Source: Moniliella sp. 'wahieum' (taxonomy: Eukaryota). From it: DNA of 64,000 nucleotides. The position numbers and the translations under genes are program-made. Under the pieces are notes generated by a model. That model worked only from the letters and a program-made list of their open reading frames with translations, made no database searches and had not been told where the DNA came from. Position 1 is the first letter of the stretch. Each line of letters starts with the position of its first letter. This document shows, in pieces, positions 12,661 through 29,036 of this stretch. The stretch covers positions 124,001 through 188,000 of the forward strand of contig RSEE01000073.1 of assembly GCA_003971905.1 (NCBI GenBank). Reading direction: 5' to 3'.

Positions 12661-14062
12661 CTGCCTCCCGCCCCCTCGGTTGCCCAGCCCACCACTCGCC
12701 ACGCCCAGCCTCAGCTGAGTGCTCCACGTGTTTTTGCGGTCTGGCAGCATCAGTAATCCTCCCCCCCCGAGCCACCGCGCTCCGTGGTGGGCCCAAAATG
12801 CCCGAGTTTGAAAATCCCTCTCACAGTTTGAGCGTCGCTCGACCACTTCACTTGCACTCTGTAGCACTCTCTCGTGCCCTCGGGTGGAACAACAACTTGC
12901 CTCACTTCGCAGTGCCTTGTGCCATAGCCCCATCCACATCATCCATCCCTACCGATCACGATTTGGCCCACGCCTGAGGCCATGCCGACCAGCCCCCAAA
13001 CTTTGATCTACTCCCCAGCGAGCTAATCAACACATGCATCCACACCCATCGACCATCCGTCAACGTTCAACATTCAATCCATCTATCCCCAGTCCGTCAC
13101 TATTCATTCCACCCATCCATCCAGGTATCCATATGACCAGCCCACTCCTCTTGGTCCCCCCGGCAAGTGCACTCCCCTCCCCTCTCTTCCATCCGACTGA
13201 GCATGTAAAGCTCAACACTATAGCCACTGTGCTTCCCCGATGGACGGGGTATGCATTATGGTTGCTAGCTATGCATCGACGCCAACAAGGATGGTGAGCG
13301 CACGAGCGGGGGAGCGCGTACCAGTTCGGTCGACCTGTTTTTGTTTTCTGAGTGAGCAACACGGGTTGCCAGGCACCTCGCAGGCCCACCATGTCTCCCT
13401 TGCGGGTAGCTAGATGAAGGAAGGGGGTGCATACCCCTCCAGACGCGACCGTAACCCGTGTGTGGGCACGTTCTAGGTTTTGGGGTACCTGTTCGTGCCG
13501 AAGGGAACATTGGTCCGGTGCGTTAACTGGCGAGTTCTCCCACAACCTGGACACCATCCATCTAGCGTTCGCATGTCTCTGTGTGTCCCCAAGCGCCTGT
13601 AGCGCTAATGCTTCATTCGGCGGAAGCGTCATCGAGTGCTACATTGCCTGTGATGGCGCCGATGGGCCCGGTTCGATAGGCCGTTCGGTTGTATGGGGAA
13701 AACATGATTGGGTTCCATATTCTCGCTTGGATGTATTCCTGTACTTATGTAGACGCCCTCGCTCGGAAGCATCACCAGGCCTATGTCCTGGGTTGGGGCT
13801 GACAGCATGCCCAGCCATGTTGTCCGCCAACGCGCCAGTCGGGCGGGGGCCGGCCCACGTCCACCGGGTGTGGTGAGAGGGTAAAAGATGCGGGTGTCCA
13901 GTGTTGATTGACAAGAGGTCCCACCAGTTCCGAACGTGCCCACGGGTCCCACCGCCGGGCCAGTCGACGTCCATGGGGGTTGTGCCCGTAGGGAAGGGGC
14001 GGTGGAGGGGGGCTGGCCAAGCTATTTGCTTTTACTGCACCCCCAGCTGACTCGCCTCGAGA

Positions 14063-14080
14063 TGCACGTGATCACGTGCA
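14063..14080. promoter_or_regulatory. Perfect 18-bp palindrome TGCACGTGATCACGTGCA with two CACGTG E-boxes
   Basis: Read directly, ~135 bp upstream of the ATG at 14214. CACGTG is the canonical bHLH site; function here is inferred. Confidence 0.45.
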
Positions 14081-14213
14081 CCCCAGCGGGGTTAGCGTCT
14101 TGGTTCCGCCGGCACCGACTCGCGGCTGCAGCAATTAACGTACCCAGGCGCTGTCCACTCGGGGGCAGGCCCCCCCATCCACCCATCCACCCATCCACCC
14201 ATCCGCCACCGCC

Positions 14214-15587
14214 ATGTCGGGCCAGCCGCTGTCGGCACTGCAGCGACTTGCTCAACAACGTCTTGAGCGTGGTCGCCAATCTAACCAGCCGTCCACTTCC
14301 GCTTCCACTTCCGCTTCTCCCTCGTCGTCCTCGACCTCGACCTCCGCAGTCCCACCCCCTACAGCCGAACTGGCCCACCTTTCCCTGCACACGTCTCCTC
14401 CGCCTGCTGCCTCGCGCGGCGGCCGGGGCGGTCGGGCCCGAGGGAGAGTACGAGGACGGGGTCGTGGATCAAGCAAAGGCCGACCGATCGAGCACATGTT
14501 CCGCTCGGCCGAGCAACCTTCGTACGAGGAGGAAGAGCAAGGCGTAGAGTCTCAGTCTACGTCTCCGTCTACGATTCCCGATCCTACCCTCGCTTCGCCG
14601 TTTCCCAGTGCACTGGCGACCACCCACCGTCACGCCGGTGCGCCCGCTGGGATCAGTGGGGCGAAACGCGCACCCGGTACAGCCGGCTTGGTTTCCGGCG
14701 GCCGCGCCAAGCTGGCTAAACATAACTTGTCCCGCTTGGCCCCGGCTCATCTTCAACCGGCCTCGTTGAGTGCCGGCTCGCATGCATCGCTGCGTACGGC
14801 TACCTACCTTCATCCCCAGCAGGAGGAAGGAGGTAAAGGGGAAAGGGAACGGGCAGGCAGGAGAAGAGAAGAGAGAAAAGGAAGAGGAAGGGGACGGGGA
14901 AGGGCAAGGGCAAGGGCAAGGGCAAGGGGCGATGCCCCATGCCACGCCTACGAACGAGACACCTTCCTCTGTTCTTCCCTCTTCCGCCCCCACTCCCACG
15001 CCCACCTCCACCCTTACCGCCCAGAAGAGCAAACTGCAAGAACTGGCCGCCTCGATGCTGGCCAAGAAAGCGGCGGCGGCAGCAGCGGCGGCCGCTGCCT
15101 CTGCCACCCCCACACCCCAACCCGCCAGTACCCCCTCTGCTACCCCGCCTGTCCAGGCCAGTGCGGAACCCCCAAAGTCCAAGTTGGCCGCTAAGATTGC
15201 TGCGTACAAAGCGGCGAAAACGGGCAAAGCGGGTGTGGCATCGGCTGTACCTACTCCTGCCGTGTCTGAAGCACCACCCGAAGCGCCCGTACCACTGTAT
15301 GCTCCTTCGGGCGTGCCCCTCACTTGTCTTTTCCCCCTTGCTCAGGATGGGCCGGCGGCTCCATCGGCCCATCGGTCACAGAGGCTATAGCGGCCCCGTC
15401 CGGCCCGGCGGTCGCTACCGTGCCTGCCGCATGGACTGGTCCTGTGGACCACTTGCCCACCATCGTCCCCGGTGGCTCGCCGTTCGATCCGTGGTCTCGC
15501 TCCGATACGCGATGGGCTGCCTTTGCCGGTCCCAGTCCTGACGATACAGTCATGGCTGCGCGGGCCGGCACGCGCCTTGCTGGCTAG
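14214..15587 (+). CDS. SKI7: Ski7-like exosome/Ski-complex adaptor lacking a GTPase domain (low-complexity protein)
   Basis: Joined from ORFs 14214.., 14770.. and 15324.. across two apparent indels. Helical motifs SALQRLAQQR, SKLQELAA and SKLAAKIAA; C-terminal FAGPSPDDTVMAAR matches the FxxPSPDDxV motif of Ski7/HBS1L short isoforms. Confidence 0.6.
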
Positions 15588-16416
15588 TGGGCGATGCTGG
15601 TCCTTGCTCATCCGATTTACCCCGACGGCACGGCCATGTAGGCCCCAGAAGGTGGGATAGCCAGGTCGACAGCAGGCGTGAGGGAGATGCGCGGTGGTAG
15701 GAGCTACAGATGACAACCATGACCACGTACCATCCCTTTGGAAGGCACAGAACACAGAGAGCAAGACAGTGGAAGCGGGGGGGGAGGAAGTAGTTCCGCA
15801 TATTGTCCGCTGGACCAGCTCGGTCCTTGCTGCTGCGCAAGCAGCCCACCGTACGAGACAGCTGATGACCAGCAGCAGCCGTCGATCAGACGAGAAAGGA
15901 CGGCCTAACGTTTTCACGCCAGCCTCGCCATGCAGATCCCGGTTCCGTGTTCCCTTCTACCCGCACCAAGTCAGGTATCATGCATGTATCCTGGATCAGG
16001 CCGGGAAGGGCGAACTCGACGGTGTCGCACGCACGTGGGAGCAGCTGGGAATGGAATGGCAGGCCCCGGATGGAAGCCTCTGCGTACCGGCCAACTGGCC
16101 TCGAACTGCCTGACCTGGTTAGCTCGCGCATGGGAGTGGTACGCTACTATGGTGGGTCTATTGCTACGAGGGGATGGTCCATGCTCTGCCAGGTGCCAAG
16201 CGGGATCGGCAGTGCGTAGCTTTACCCCGACAAAGAAAAAAAAAAAATACGGGCGCTGTCCTGCGCCTGCTTTGTCTGTTTCTGTCCTTCTGCGCTGCGG
16301 GATGGGACAATGGGACCATGGTAGTTTGGACCAACACAACACAACACGAATCGCGCAAGCGTGAGCACAAGCGCAAGAGCAAGAGCAAAGCAACCAGGAT
16401 GCGATGCAGGTCCCGC

Positions 16417-16921
16417 TCAGCGCTTCTTCCACGACGGCTTGAGGTCGCCCTGGAGTGTGCTTTCGTAGCTCCAGTCCGTGCGCGGGGCGGGTTCGCGGTC
16501 CCTGTGGGAAGAGAAAGAAAAGACGAAGACGAAGAAGAAGAAGAGAAAGAGGAAGAGGAAGAAAAGGCAAAAGACAGATGCGCACGTCAGTGGGGGGGCA
16601 CGGGGGCGGTGGGGGGACCAAGTCGTGCAAAACCAAAACCACGAGGGGCACGTACCACTTGGTTCCGTTGGGCTGGTTGGGCGGGATGTAAGGAGCGGGG
16701 TGTTGGATGCGCTTGAGCTCTTCTTCGGCCTGGGCCAGAACGTGGGCCAAGGCACGCGGGTTGAGCACGTTGCGGTTGGCTTCGAACCGGGCGCGAATGT
16801 CCAGCACGTCGTAGCGCCAGTTGAGCATGCTGCCGCCCAAGTCGAATGCGTTCTTGCAGTAGCGCTTGTACAGCAGCTGCACGTACGCCTTGTGCGCCGC
16901 ACTGTACGCCGTCGTCGACAT
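16417..16921 (-). CDS. NDUFB9: NADH:ubiquinone oxidoreductase subunit NDUFB9/B22 (LYR family)
   Basis: MSTTAYSAAHKAYVQLLYKRYCKNAFD..IRARFEANRNVLNPRAL..AEEELKRIQHPAPYIPP..GTKW; intron 16655-16502 (GTACGT..CAG); short exon 2 to the stop at 16417. Confidence 0.9.
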
Positions 16922-17245
16922 GGCCAGGAGGGGTGGTGGGGGGGGCGGGGCTGGCGCTGCGCTCGGCTGGGACAGGTCCAGGGAGCGGGTGCGTTGAACG
17001 TTGAATTGGCGGCGCCAGACGGAGCGCTGCTGGCTGACAAATGGCCGTTCCGCCCGCGCGCCCATTCCGCCCGCCCAGGCGCCGCTGATTGCGGGTCGAT
17101 TACGCGGTGACGCACAGGTGGCTGCCAAATTATATCCTGGCCGCAACCGTGGGCTCCAACCCACTGCCACCTCTTCCTCCACCCACCCATGGAAATGGTC
17201 TACGTATCGAGTTGTGTGCCGCACGCACGCGGCTCATCTCATTAA

Positions 17246-21198
<3,953 letters not shown>

Positions 21199-21447
21199 GG
21201 CGGGGATGGATGGTGGTGGTGGTGAGCCAAACCCCGCCCGTGGCGGCCGGCTGGTTTGTTCTCGTGTTCCGCCCGGCGCCCAGCGCGGCGTTCCGCGCGG
21301 TGCTGACGTCAGCGGCGCCCGTCCCAAAATCACCCCACACTTCCCCGCACCCCGGCCGAAAGGCAGCACAAAAGCACGCAGTCGAATTCCTGCGCCCTCA
21401 TAAGCGCCTTCAAACCCCCCACCGCCACCGCCACCGCCGTCTGCGCC

Positions 21448-23751
21448 ATGCTCACCCTCACCCCCGCCGCCCCCCGCCCGCTCCACGCGTCCGGCACGGC
21501 GTCGCCCAGCCCCTACGTCTACTACCCCACCAAGTGGTGGGACGACTCGGACCCCAGCCACGTGCAGCGCATGCACCAGGGCCTGCGCCTCCCCGTCGAG
21601 GTCCTCCGCCACATCTTCCTCTTCCTCGACCCCCACTCCCTCTACACCCTCGTCCGCCCCCTCAACTCCCAGTGGAAGCACGCCGTCGAGTCCGAGCTCA
21701 TCCCGCACCAGTTCCGCTCCGGCCGCTGGCGCATCGGCCTCCGCGTCTCCCGTCACACCCTTGCTACCCCGGCCCCCTCTTCCGCCAGCGCCGCTCCCGA
21801 CGCCGCCAACGTGCCCGCGCATGGCCACGACATGGACCGCCAGGTCCTCGAGGACCAGCACGCCCTCCATGCACAGCGCCTCCTTGACACGCCTGACACG
21901 CGCGAGGACGAGCTGACACGGCTGCTCGATACGCACACTCGCACCATCGAAGCCCTGTCGAATTCGTCGCCCGTGCCCAAGGGAACCCAGCCGCCGCTCG
22001 TTCATGTTATTCCGCTCAAGTTTTCCAAGTACGATCCTGCCACGCTAACACTGCACTTCTCCACGGGAGGGGAGTGGCATGCGCTCTTTTCGTCCTTGCA
22101 ACACCAAGGCTCCCAGTCCTCCTGGCTTGGACTCGACTTTGGCCTTTGCTGGCGCTACTGGGGAGACGGAAAACCTGACCCCAGCCCCACCGGGTGGGAA
22201 CAGATCGACCGCTTGAACCGCCTGTGGGGCTTGCCCGACGAAGAGAATGGCTGGCTGAGCCGTTTCTGGTTTGTGCGTATTCACTCCCCCCCCCCCCCCC
22301 GATCCATTCGGTTCTAGTGGCTGATTGCATTTTTTTGCCCCAGTCCGAGTATGACATTCGTGATGCCGCAAGCTCCCCGCACTCGCACGGAGAAGAGAAC
22401 AAAATCACCTTGCGCAGCACGCCTCTTGCCCCTCGCACTCGCCGCCCTGGTACCGAAACCCCCGGCTTACGTTCCCCGCCTCCCGAGCCGGCGTTTAAAG
22501 AGCCATCCCCGGATGAGGAGGCGTTGGTCTGGTCGGATGCAGGCCACCAATACGCAGCAATTGATGTTTCTCTCGGAATCGAGTATTTTACCCGGCAAGC
22601 GGCTCGAGCCAACCTGCTCGCCAAGGGGCTCGAGGGGGTGCTGCACCCGCCTCGCTCCAAGCGAGGCAAACGGTCGGGTCGGTCCACGCCTGCGCGGTCG
22701 GGTACCTCGACTCCGCGTCGGGCCGAGGTGTCGCTACGTGCGGACGCGATGCGCCAAGCAGCTTCAGGCAAAGCGGAAGAAGTGGACGACCTACGCCGAG
22801 CAGTAGAACGGGCGTTGTTGGACCCAGGCACGCCCTCACGATCGCTCAGCCCCGGTCCCACGTTTTCGCCCAAACCACGCCCGGCTGACATTTGGGCTCA
22901 GAAACCTATCAGCGTGACAAGTGGGACCAGCACCCCGCTCCGGACCAGTGGGAACGGGATCAATGGCACTCGTTCCGGGACTGCCACGCCGCTGCGACCG
23001 GCGGGGGATGGGGTCAATGGCCATCGATCCGGGACCTCAACCCCACTTTCGCCTCGGCAACCTTACCCCCCGCCTTACGTTCCAAGGAGCGGTGCCACCT
23101 CGCCCCGTCCCGGTTTGTCCTATTCGGCTGCCGCTGCCGCAGCGCGCAAGGCGAACCAGGCCTGGCTGAAACCCCCCTCGTCGGGCGTCCGAAACATTGC
23201 CCCGTTCCATCCGCCCAACGAGTCGGGAGGGGTGGGCATGCGCAAGACCGCCCTGGCCAACTCCTCGGGCACTTCCTCCCTTTTGCGGAGGTGCAGCACT
23301 TGCGTCTCTGGCGGCGGCGGCGCCTTTGGGGGCGCCTTTGGTGCAAGACAAGTCGTCTCCTCCTGCTGAAACAACTACAGTCAATGTTTCGGCGCCGACG
23401 CCTCCGTCTGTTGGCCCCGGTTCGCCCGCATCGCGGGAAGTGCGTTCGGCGACGGGCACACCTAAGAAGAAGGCCAAGCCGCTGGTATTGGCTGGGCCCC
23501 GCGCCACCTTTACCGCCCGCCTGTATCGCGCGGAGCATCTCATGCCTCCTGCGGATGCTGAGGGAGGCGCATCGAAGGGGCAAGCGGGTGGGAGGACGCT
23601 GGACGGGATGGAGCCTGGGCCAGTGCCTCTGGGCCCGTTGGTGCCGTCGCACTGGCACGGCGGGGATTCGTTTGGGCGGGGGGACGCGCGGGGGGTGGAA
23701 CGCACGGAGGATGCGCAGACGCCGCCGGTGGTGTGGTCGTGGTCGCGCTGA
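21448..23751 (+). CDS. F-box domain protein with long S/T/P-rich C-terminus
   Basis: F-box consensus RLPVEVLRHIFLFLDPHSLYTLVRPLNSQWKHAV; intron 22273-22343 (GTGCGT..CTGAT..CAG) joins in frame to SEYDIRD; repeated SGTSTP/SGTATP motifs; indel near 23260. Confidence 0.8.
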
Positions 23752-24352
23752 TGGGGGGGGGGGGGTTACTGGATGCGGGGTGGCTGTTGTGGCGGGTAGG
23801 GGATGTGTGATGCGCTGTGAGCGTGTGTGCTAGTCCCAGCTTCCAATCTACATTCTATTGTTTGACGTGAGCAATGGCGTGAGATGTGCGCTGTAGGTGC
23901 GCCCGGGACGCGATGGGCGCGAGGGCGGGGATGGTGGAAGGGCTGGATTGGCGCGCGGGGACGCAGCGGAGGGCGGCGGGAAGGACGGAAATGAAGTGAT
24001 TAATGATTCGCGGGCAAGGCGTAGCTCCATTCAACTTGAATCTTCAATTGAATGTTTGGCGGCGGTACGTTTTGTTTTGCTCGGGCGGCGGCCAGCAGCA
24101 GGGCCAGTGTGCAGGGTCTGCGTGTCCCCATTGAAGATTCAATTCAATTCCCTCGCCTCCAGCGCATCCGTTCGCCTCCTGCTCGCTCCCGCCGCCCCCT
24201 GCCGATTGTCTCGCCTCGCCACAGCGCACCCACTTCCCGTCTTCAAGCTTCATCGCCCTCGTCCTCGCCCTCCTCGCCCTCGCCATCACCACCGCCCTCG
24301 CCCTCGCCTCCGCCACCGCCATCCATCCCGCCACGACGGCCACCCTCTCCCC

Positions 24353-25639
24353 ATGAACTACATCCGTACGTCCTCCTCCCGCCCGCCCCCGCCTCCCCCC
24401 TGACCCTAACCCCCCCGCCCCCTTCCAGAGCTCGAAAAGCTTGGCGAGGGCACCTACGCCACTGTCTACAAGGGCCGTTCCCGGCGTACCGGCGAGATTG
24501 TCGCGCTCAAGGAGATCCACCTCGATGCCGAGGAGGGCACCCCCTCTACCGCGATCCGCGAGATTAGCCTGATGAAGGAGCTGCGCCACCCCAACATTCT
24601 GCGCCTCTACGACGTGATCCACACTGAAACCAAGCTGATCCTCGTGTTTGAGTACATGGACCAAGACCTGAAGAAGTACATGGACCATCATGGCGACCGC
24701 GGTGCGCTTGACCCCTACACGGTGCGCAACTTTATGTTCCAACTGTTGCGCGGCACTGCGTTTTGCCACGAGAACCGCGTGCTGCATCGTGATCTCAAGC
24801 CACAGAACTTGCTCATCAACAAGGCTGGGCATCTTAAGCTAGCTGACTTTGGTCTGGCACGTGCGTTCGGCATTCCCGTCAACACGTTTAGCAACGAGGT
24901 GGTCACGCTCTGGTACCGTGCGCCCGATGTTCTGCTGGGGTCTCGAACCTACTCGACCTCGATTGACGTTTGGTCGGCCGGATGCATTTTTGCTGAAATG
25001 ATCACTGGCTACCCCTTGTTCCAGGGGAGGGATAACAACGACCAGCTGCAACACATTGTCAAGATCCTCGGCACGCCCGAGACGACGATCCGAAGGATGA
25101 TCCATGACTCGGTATGTACCATCTTTTTCCACCTTCTCCACCTTCTCCACTTGTTTGGGGATTCGAGGCAAGCCAGCTAACCTCCTGTGTAGCCTGAGAT
25201 TCAAGCCTCGCTTCATGGCCTGCCTCGCCGTGCTCCTGTGCCCTTCACCCAACTGTTTAGCAAAGCGCACCCGCTAGAGATTGACCTCTTGGAAAAGTTG
25301 CTCAAGTTTGATCCGACCCAACGTATCAGCGCCGAAGAGGCCCTGCGCCATCCGTACTTTACCACCTCGGAAGCGGTGTCGGGGCTGCAGGCTCCCACTC
25401 GCGTTCCTCGCTCTGTGCCTTCTTCCGCCGCACAGGTGCAAGCCCAGATGCAGGCTCAAGCCCAAGTGCAAGCCCAAGCCCAGGCCCAGGCCCAGGCTCA
25501 AGCTCAAGCCCAGGCTCAGGTGCACGCTCATGCGCATGCTCAAGCCCAGGCCCAGGCTCAGGCACACGCTTTGGCGCAGGCTCAAGCCCAAGCCCAAGCC
25601 CAAGCCCACGCCCAGGCACATGGGCACGCCCACACCTAA
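24353..25639 (+). CDS. PHO85: Cyclin-dependent kinase Pho85 (Cdk5-like)
   Basis: [73 protein letters not shown]; introns 24366-24428 and 25112-25192; one apparent extra T near 25200; QA-rich tail. Confidence 0.97.
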
Positions 25640-26536
25640 CCCCCTCTTGGCTCAGGCTCGGCCTACCGCAGCAACCACGCTCGACAATCCATTCTCTTCG
25701 CCCCTCTTTCCTTCCCCGCACGTGTAGCCCATGTATTGCACTCCTGTTTCGTCCCACTCCACCTTCACCACATTGGCCACTACTATTCTCCACGTATACA
25801 GAACGCTGCATGCCCGTCCGTGTTGGAGAGCCAAAGGGATGCGCTCCTGTATCCAAGTGCCATTGTGGTAAGCCTTTCTGTCCTCGTACTCTACCTCCCG
25901 GCAGGCGGGCCCAAGGACGTACTCCGTATAGCCCACGTCATGCGAGCCCCTTGAATGGCATGGCCCAAGAGGCATGGTAGTTCCCGTTTTCGTATGGGTT
26001 TGGTTCGTAGGCAGTAGTCAGTGGCATAGGATAGCAGTCGTGTAGGGCTCTGCTAGCCAGCTTAGAACGAACTGCTGGCTTGGCACGCTCCGACAGTAGT
26101 CCTCGTTCCATACTTGATCATCGATCTCCCCTCTCGCTTCCGGGCGGCGTGCGCAGCGCGCCAAACAGGCTGGTGTGGTCGCCGATCCGGAACCGAAGTG
26201 TCGCCTGCGTTCGGATGAGTACCGGCCAAGCGCATACCGTAACGTTGGTTCTGATGATCGATGCTCGATGTAGGGAAAGAGAACCACCTACGCCTACCTC
26301 AAAAGAGAGTCTGTCTAGAGGAAACCCAACCCAAGCACAAGCTGATCCACTTCTTGGTCCCGCTTTCGCCCCCCCACCCGCCTGCCGCTCACCCTCACCC
26401 TTCGCTTCCAAGATCCATGCGGGCAACAGCTTCTCCTACCATCGATCCACCATCCACCCACCACCCCGCCCAACATGATCGACCGTAACGCCTACCACGC
26501 CAAACGAGCTTGTCATGGATTACAAGGAACGATTGA

Positions 26537-28594
26537 TTACACCTGGGCCACTGCCTGGCCGTCGCCACGGGGTCGCTCCCGCCTGCCCAGACCAGCGGTT
26601 CCTGCTCCCCCTCCTCGACGGGCAGACCGACGTCGGCGGCGCGCAGACGCATGATCACCTGTCCCCGACCAAACATTGCCCGAGCGAAATCGGAGAGCGG
26701 GTGAATGTGGTGGCCCAAGGCGCGCAGTGCGTCGCGCACCTCGATCGGCACGTCGTCTTCTACAAACACCCTGCCATCGGCCGGTTTGGTCGCCGAGCGG
26801 GGCAGGCCAGGGCCAATGCAAATCCGAGGTGCGTCCAGGGCCTGTTGCGGGTTCAGCTGGCCATGGAGAATGTTGAGCAAGACCTGGAGATGGCCTTGCG
26901 GCTGCATCCACCCTCCTGTACAAACAAACGCACAGAGTGCGCGGTAGGCTGTGTCAGTACCCATCCTGGGAGAGAGGGAGAACGTACCCATCACACCGTA
27001 GCTCATGAACAGTTCCCCATCTCGAAGCACCATAGCAGGGATGATGGTGTGGTATGGCCGTTTGCGCGGGGCGAGCCCATTGGGATGATCTGCCTCCAAC
27101 CTAAACCCCGCTCCACGGTTTTGCAACGCCACGCCCGTGCCCTTGGCCACGATGCCCGAGCCAAACCCAGTATCTGGAAAAAGTAAACAGACCCCACCCC
27201 ACCCAAGCTGGTTAGACCGTCTTCCTTTTGGCACGGCACATCAACGTACAAGTAGAGTTGATAAAAGAGCAGGCATTTCCGTCCTTGTCAGCCACGCTAA
27301 AGTAGACCGTGTCGCACGTCTGGTCGGGCGAGCCTGTCTCGACATCCACACTGGCCTTGGTGGGATCAAAGTGGTCGCGCACCCGCTGGGTCAGGTAGGC
27401 CTTACTGAGCAACTTGGCAATCGGGATGGGACCTGGGGGGTCGCGGACATAGTACCGGACATCAGCAAAGGCCAAAGCGCAGCGCCTCGATCACCGCATG
27501 CAACCAAATGGGAGAATTGGGTTCGACGGTGGAAAGGTCCGGCACCAGACCGGTCTCTTGCATGGCGTCCACCAGGCCGAGGGCGATGAGTGCAGTCAGT
27601 CCCTGTCCGTTGGGAGGGTGCTCCAGGAGGTCGATCCCGGGCCCGTCGGGGGTGGGTTGGTAGTGGTACGCAATGGGCTCGACCAAGTCCGGTCCAAGCG
27701 CAAGGTGCGCCGCCAAATCGTCCGTCGTCAGCCACCCACCCAGCGCCTGCACCGTCTCCGCAATCGATTCGGCAATGCGGCCCGTATAGAATCCTTCCTT
27801 TCCCGACGTAGCCAGCGCACGGAACGTCTGCGCCAGCTCGGGGAGACGGATGACTTGCCCGGCCTGAGGCGCCTTGCCCGAAGGCAGTAACAGCTCTCGC
27901 CCGTTGGGCGACTGAGTGAGGAGGTGCTTCTCATTGTTGCCCCACTATACCTACCCGTCAGGAACCGTCCAGGCCAACGCCAACGCCAACGCCAACGCCA
28001 ACGCCTACACTTTACGCACCAACATCAAGGAGACGTACGTACCATGTTGGCGGAAATCTCCGATACAGGGAACCCACGTTCGGCCAACCGGATGGCCGGG
28101 GCAAGCACTTGCTCCAACGCCACCTTGCCCCCGCCAAAGACTTGCACCACGTCGTACCAAGCAGCAGCAGCGCCCGGGACGGTAACCGAATGGACGCTGG
28201 TCTCGGGGATGGCGGTACGGTCGTGCCATTCGGGTCCGAGGGCCCGGAGGCGTTCGAGGGAAATGGCGGCCGGGGAACGGCCTGAGCCATTGAGCGCTCG
28301 CACGGATTTGTCCTTGGCCGAGTAGAAGAGACAAAAGACATCGCCTCCAATGCCCGTGCTGGAGGGCTCGGTGACATTGAGCGCGGCCGCAACGGCGACA
28401 GCGGCATCGGCAGCGTTGCCGCCGGCCTCGAGGATTTGGATGCCAGCACTGGCAGCGAGGGGTTGGGAGCAGGCCACCATGCCCTGGGTGCCCAAGACGC
28501 TGGAGCGGCGCGAGGCATGCTTGCGGAAGGCGGGGGCGGCGGCAGGGTGGCTGGAGCCCAGACGCAACGGCGTGCGGGCGGCGGGCGGGGACAT
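26537..28594 (-). CDS. ggt: Gamma-glutamyltranspeptidase (Ntn hydrolase)
   Basis: SRRSSVLGTQGMVACSQPLA..GGNAADAAVAVAAALNVTEPSSTGIGGD; catalytic DTVYFSVADKDGNACSFINS; GFGSGIV..LQNRG, KRPYHTIIP, GVMGGWMQPQGHLQV, GRGQ and GGSDP..DGQA; about three introns and several indels. Confidence 0.93.
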
Positions 28595-29036
28595 GGCGGA
28601 GGTGGAGGTGAGGGGGGGGGAGACGTGAGGGGATGGCAGGGAAGAGGGCGAGCAGGGTGGGGGTGGGTAACAGGTAACAGGTACGGATGGATGGGGACGT
28701 ACAACTAGCAGCTGGCCACTTGTAACTGGAGTAGCAAGTAACCAGTAACCCCGCTGGGCTGCGTGGACCGTGCCACCGGAGTTAGGCCTTGGGCCGGGGA
28801 GCCGGGGAGAGCTGAGACCGGTGCCGGTGACGCCAGAGGCCCTCAGCTTTGTAGGGTTCAAATTTCAAGATCTGCATTAGGTAATGGGCCAGTGCGGAGC
28901 GGATGGGGGCGGAATGGAGGCGGTGATGGGATGTGTTGGATGTGATGGGATGCTGCCTGTTCGTCTATCTCCGCCGCTGGCTGCGCTCGGGTGTGCATTT
29001 TTATCGAGTGCGCCTGTGTCGAGGGCACGCCAAAGA

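Noticed and set aside
13034..13900. Possible spliced small gene (ORFs 13034 and 13427)
   Set aside because: A plausible GTGAGC donor exists, but I found no convincing product or frame continuity.
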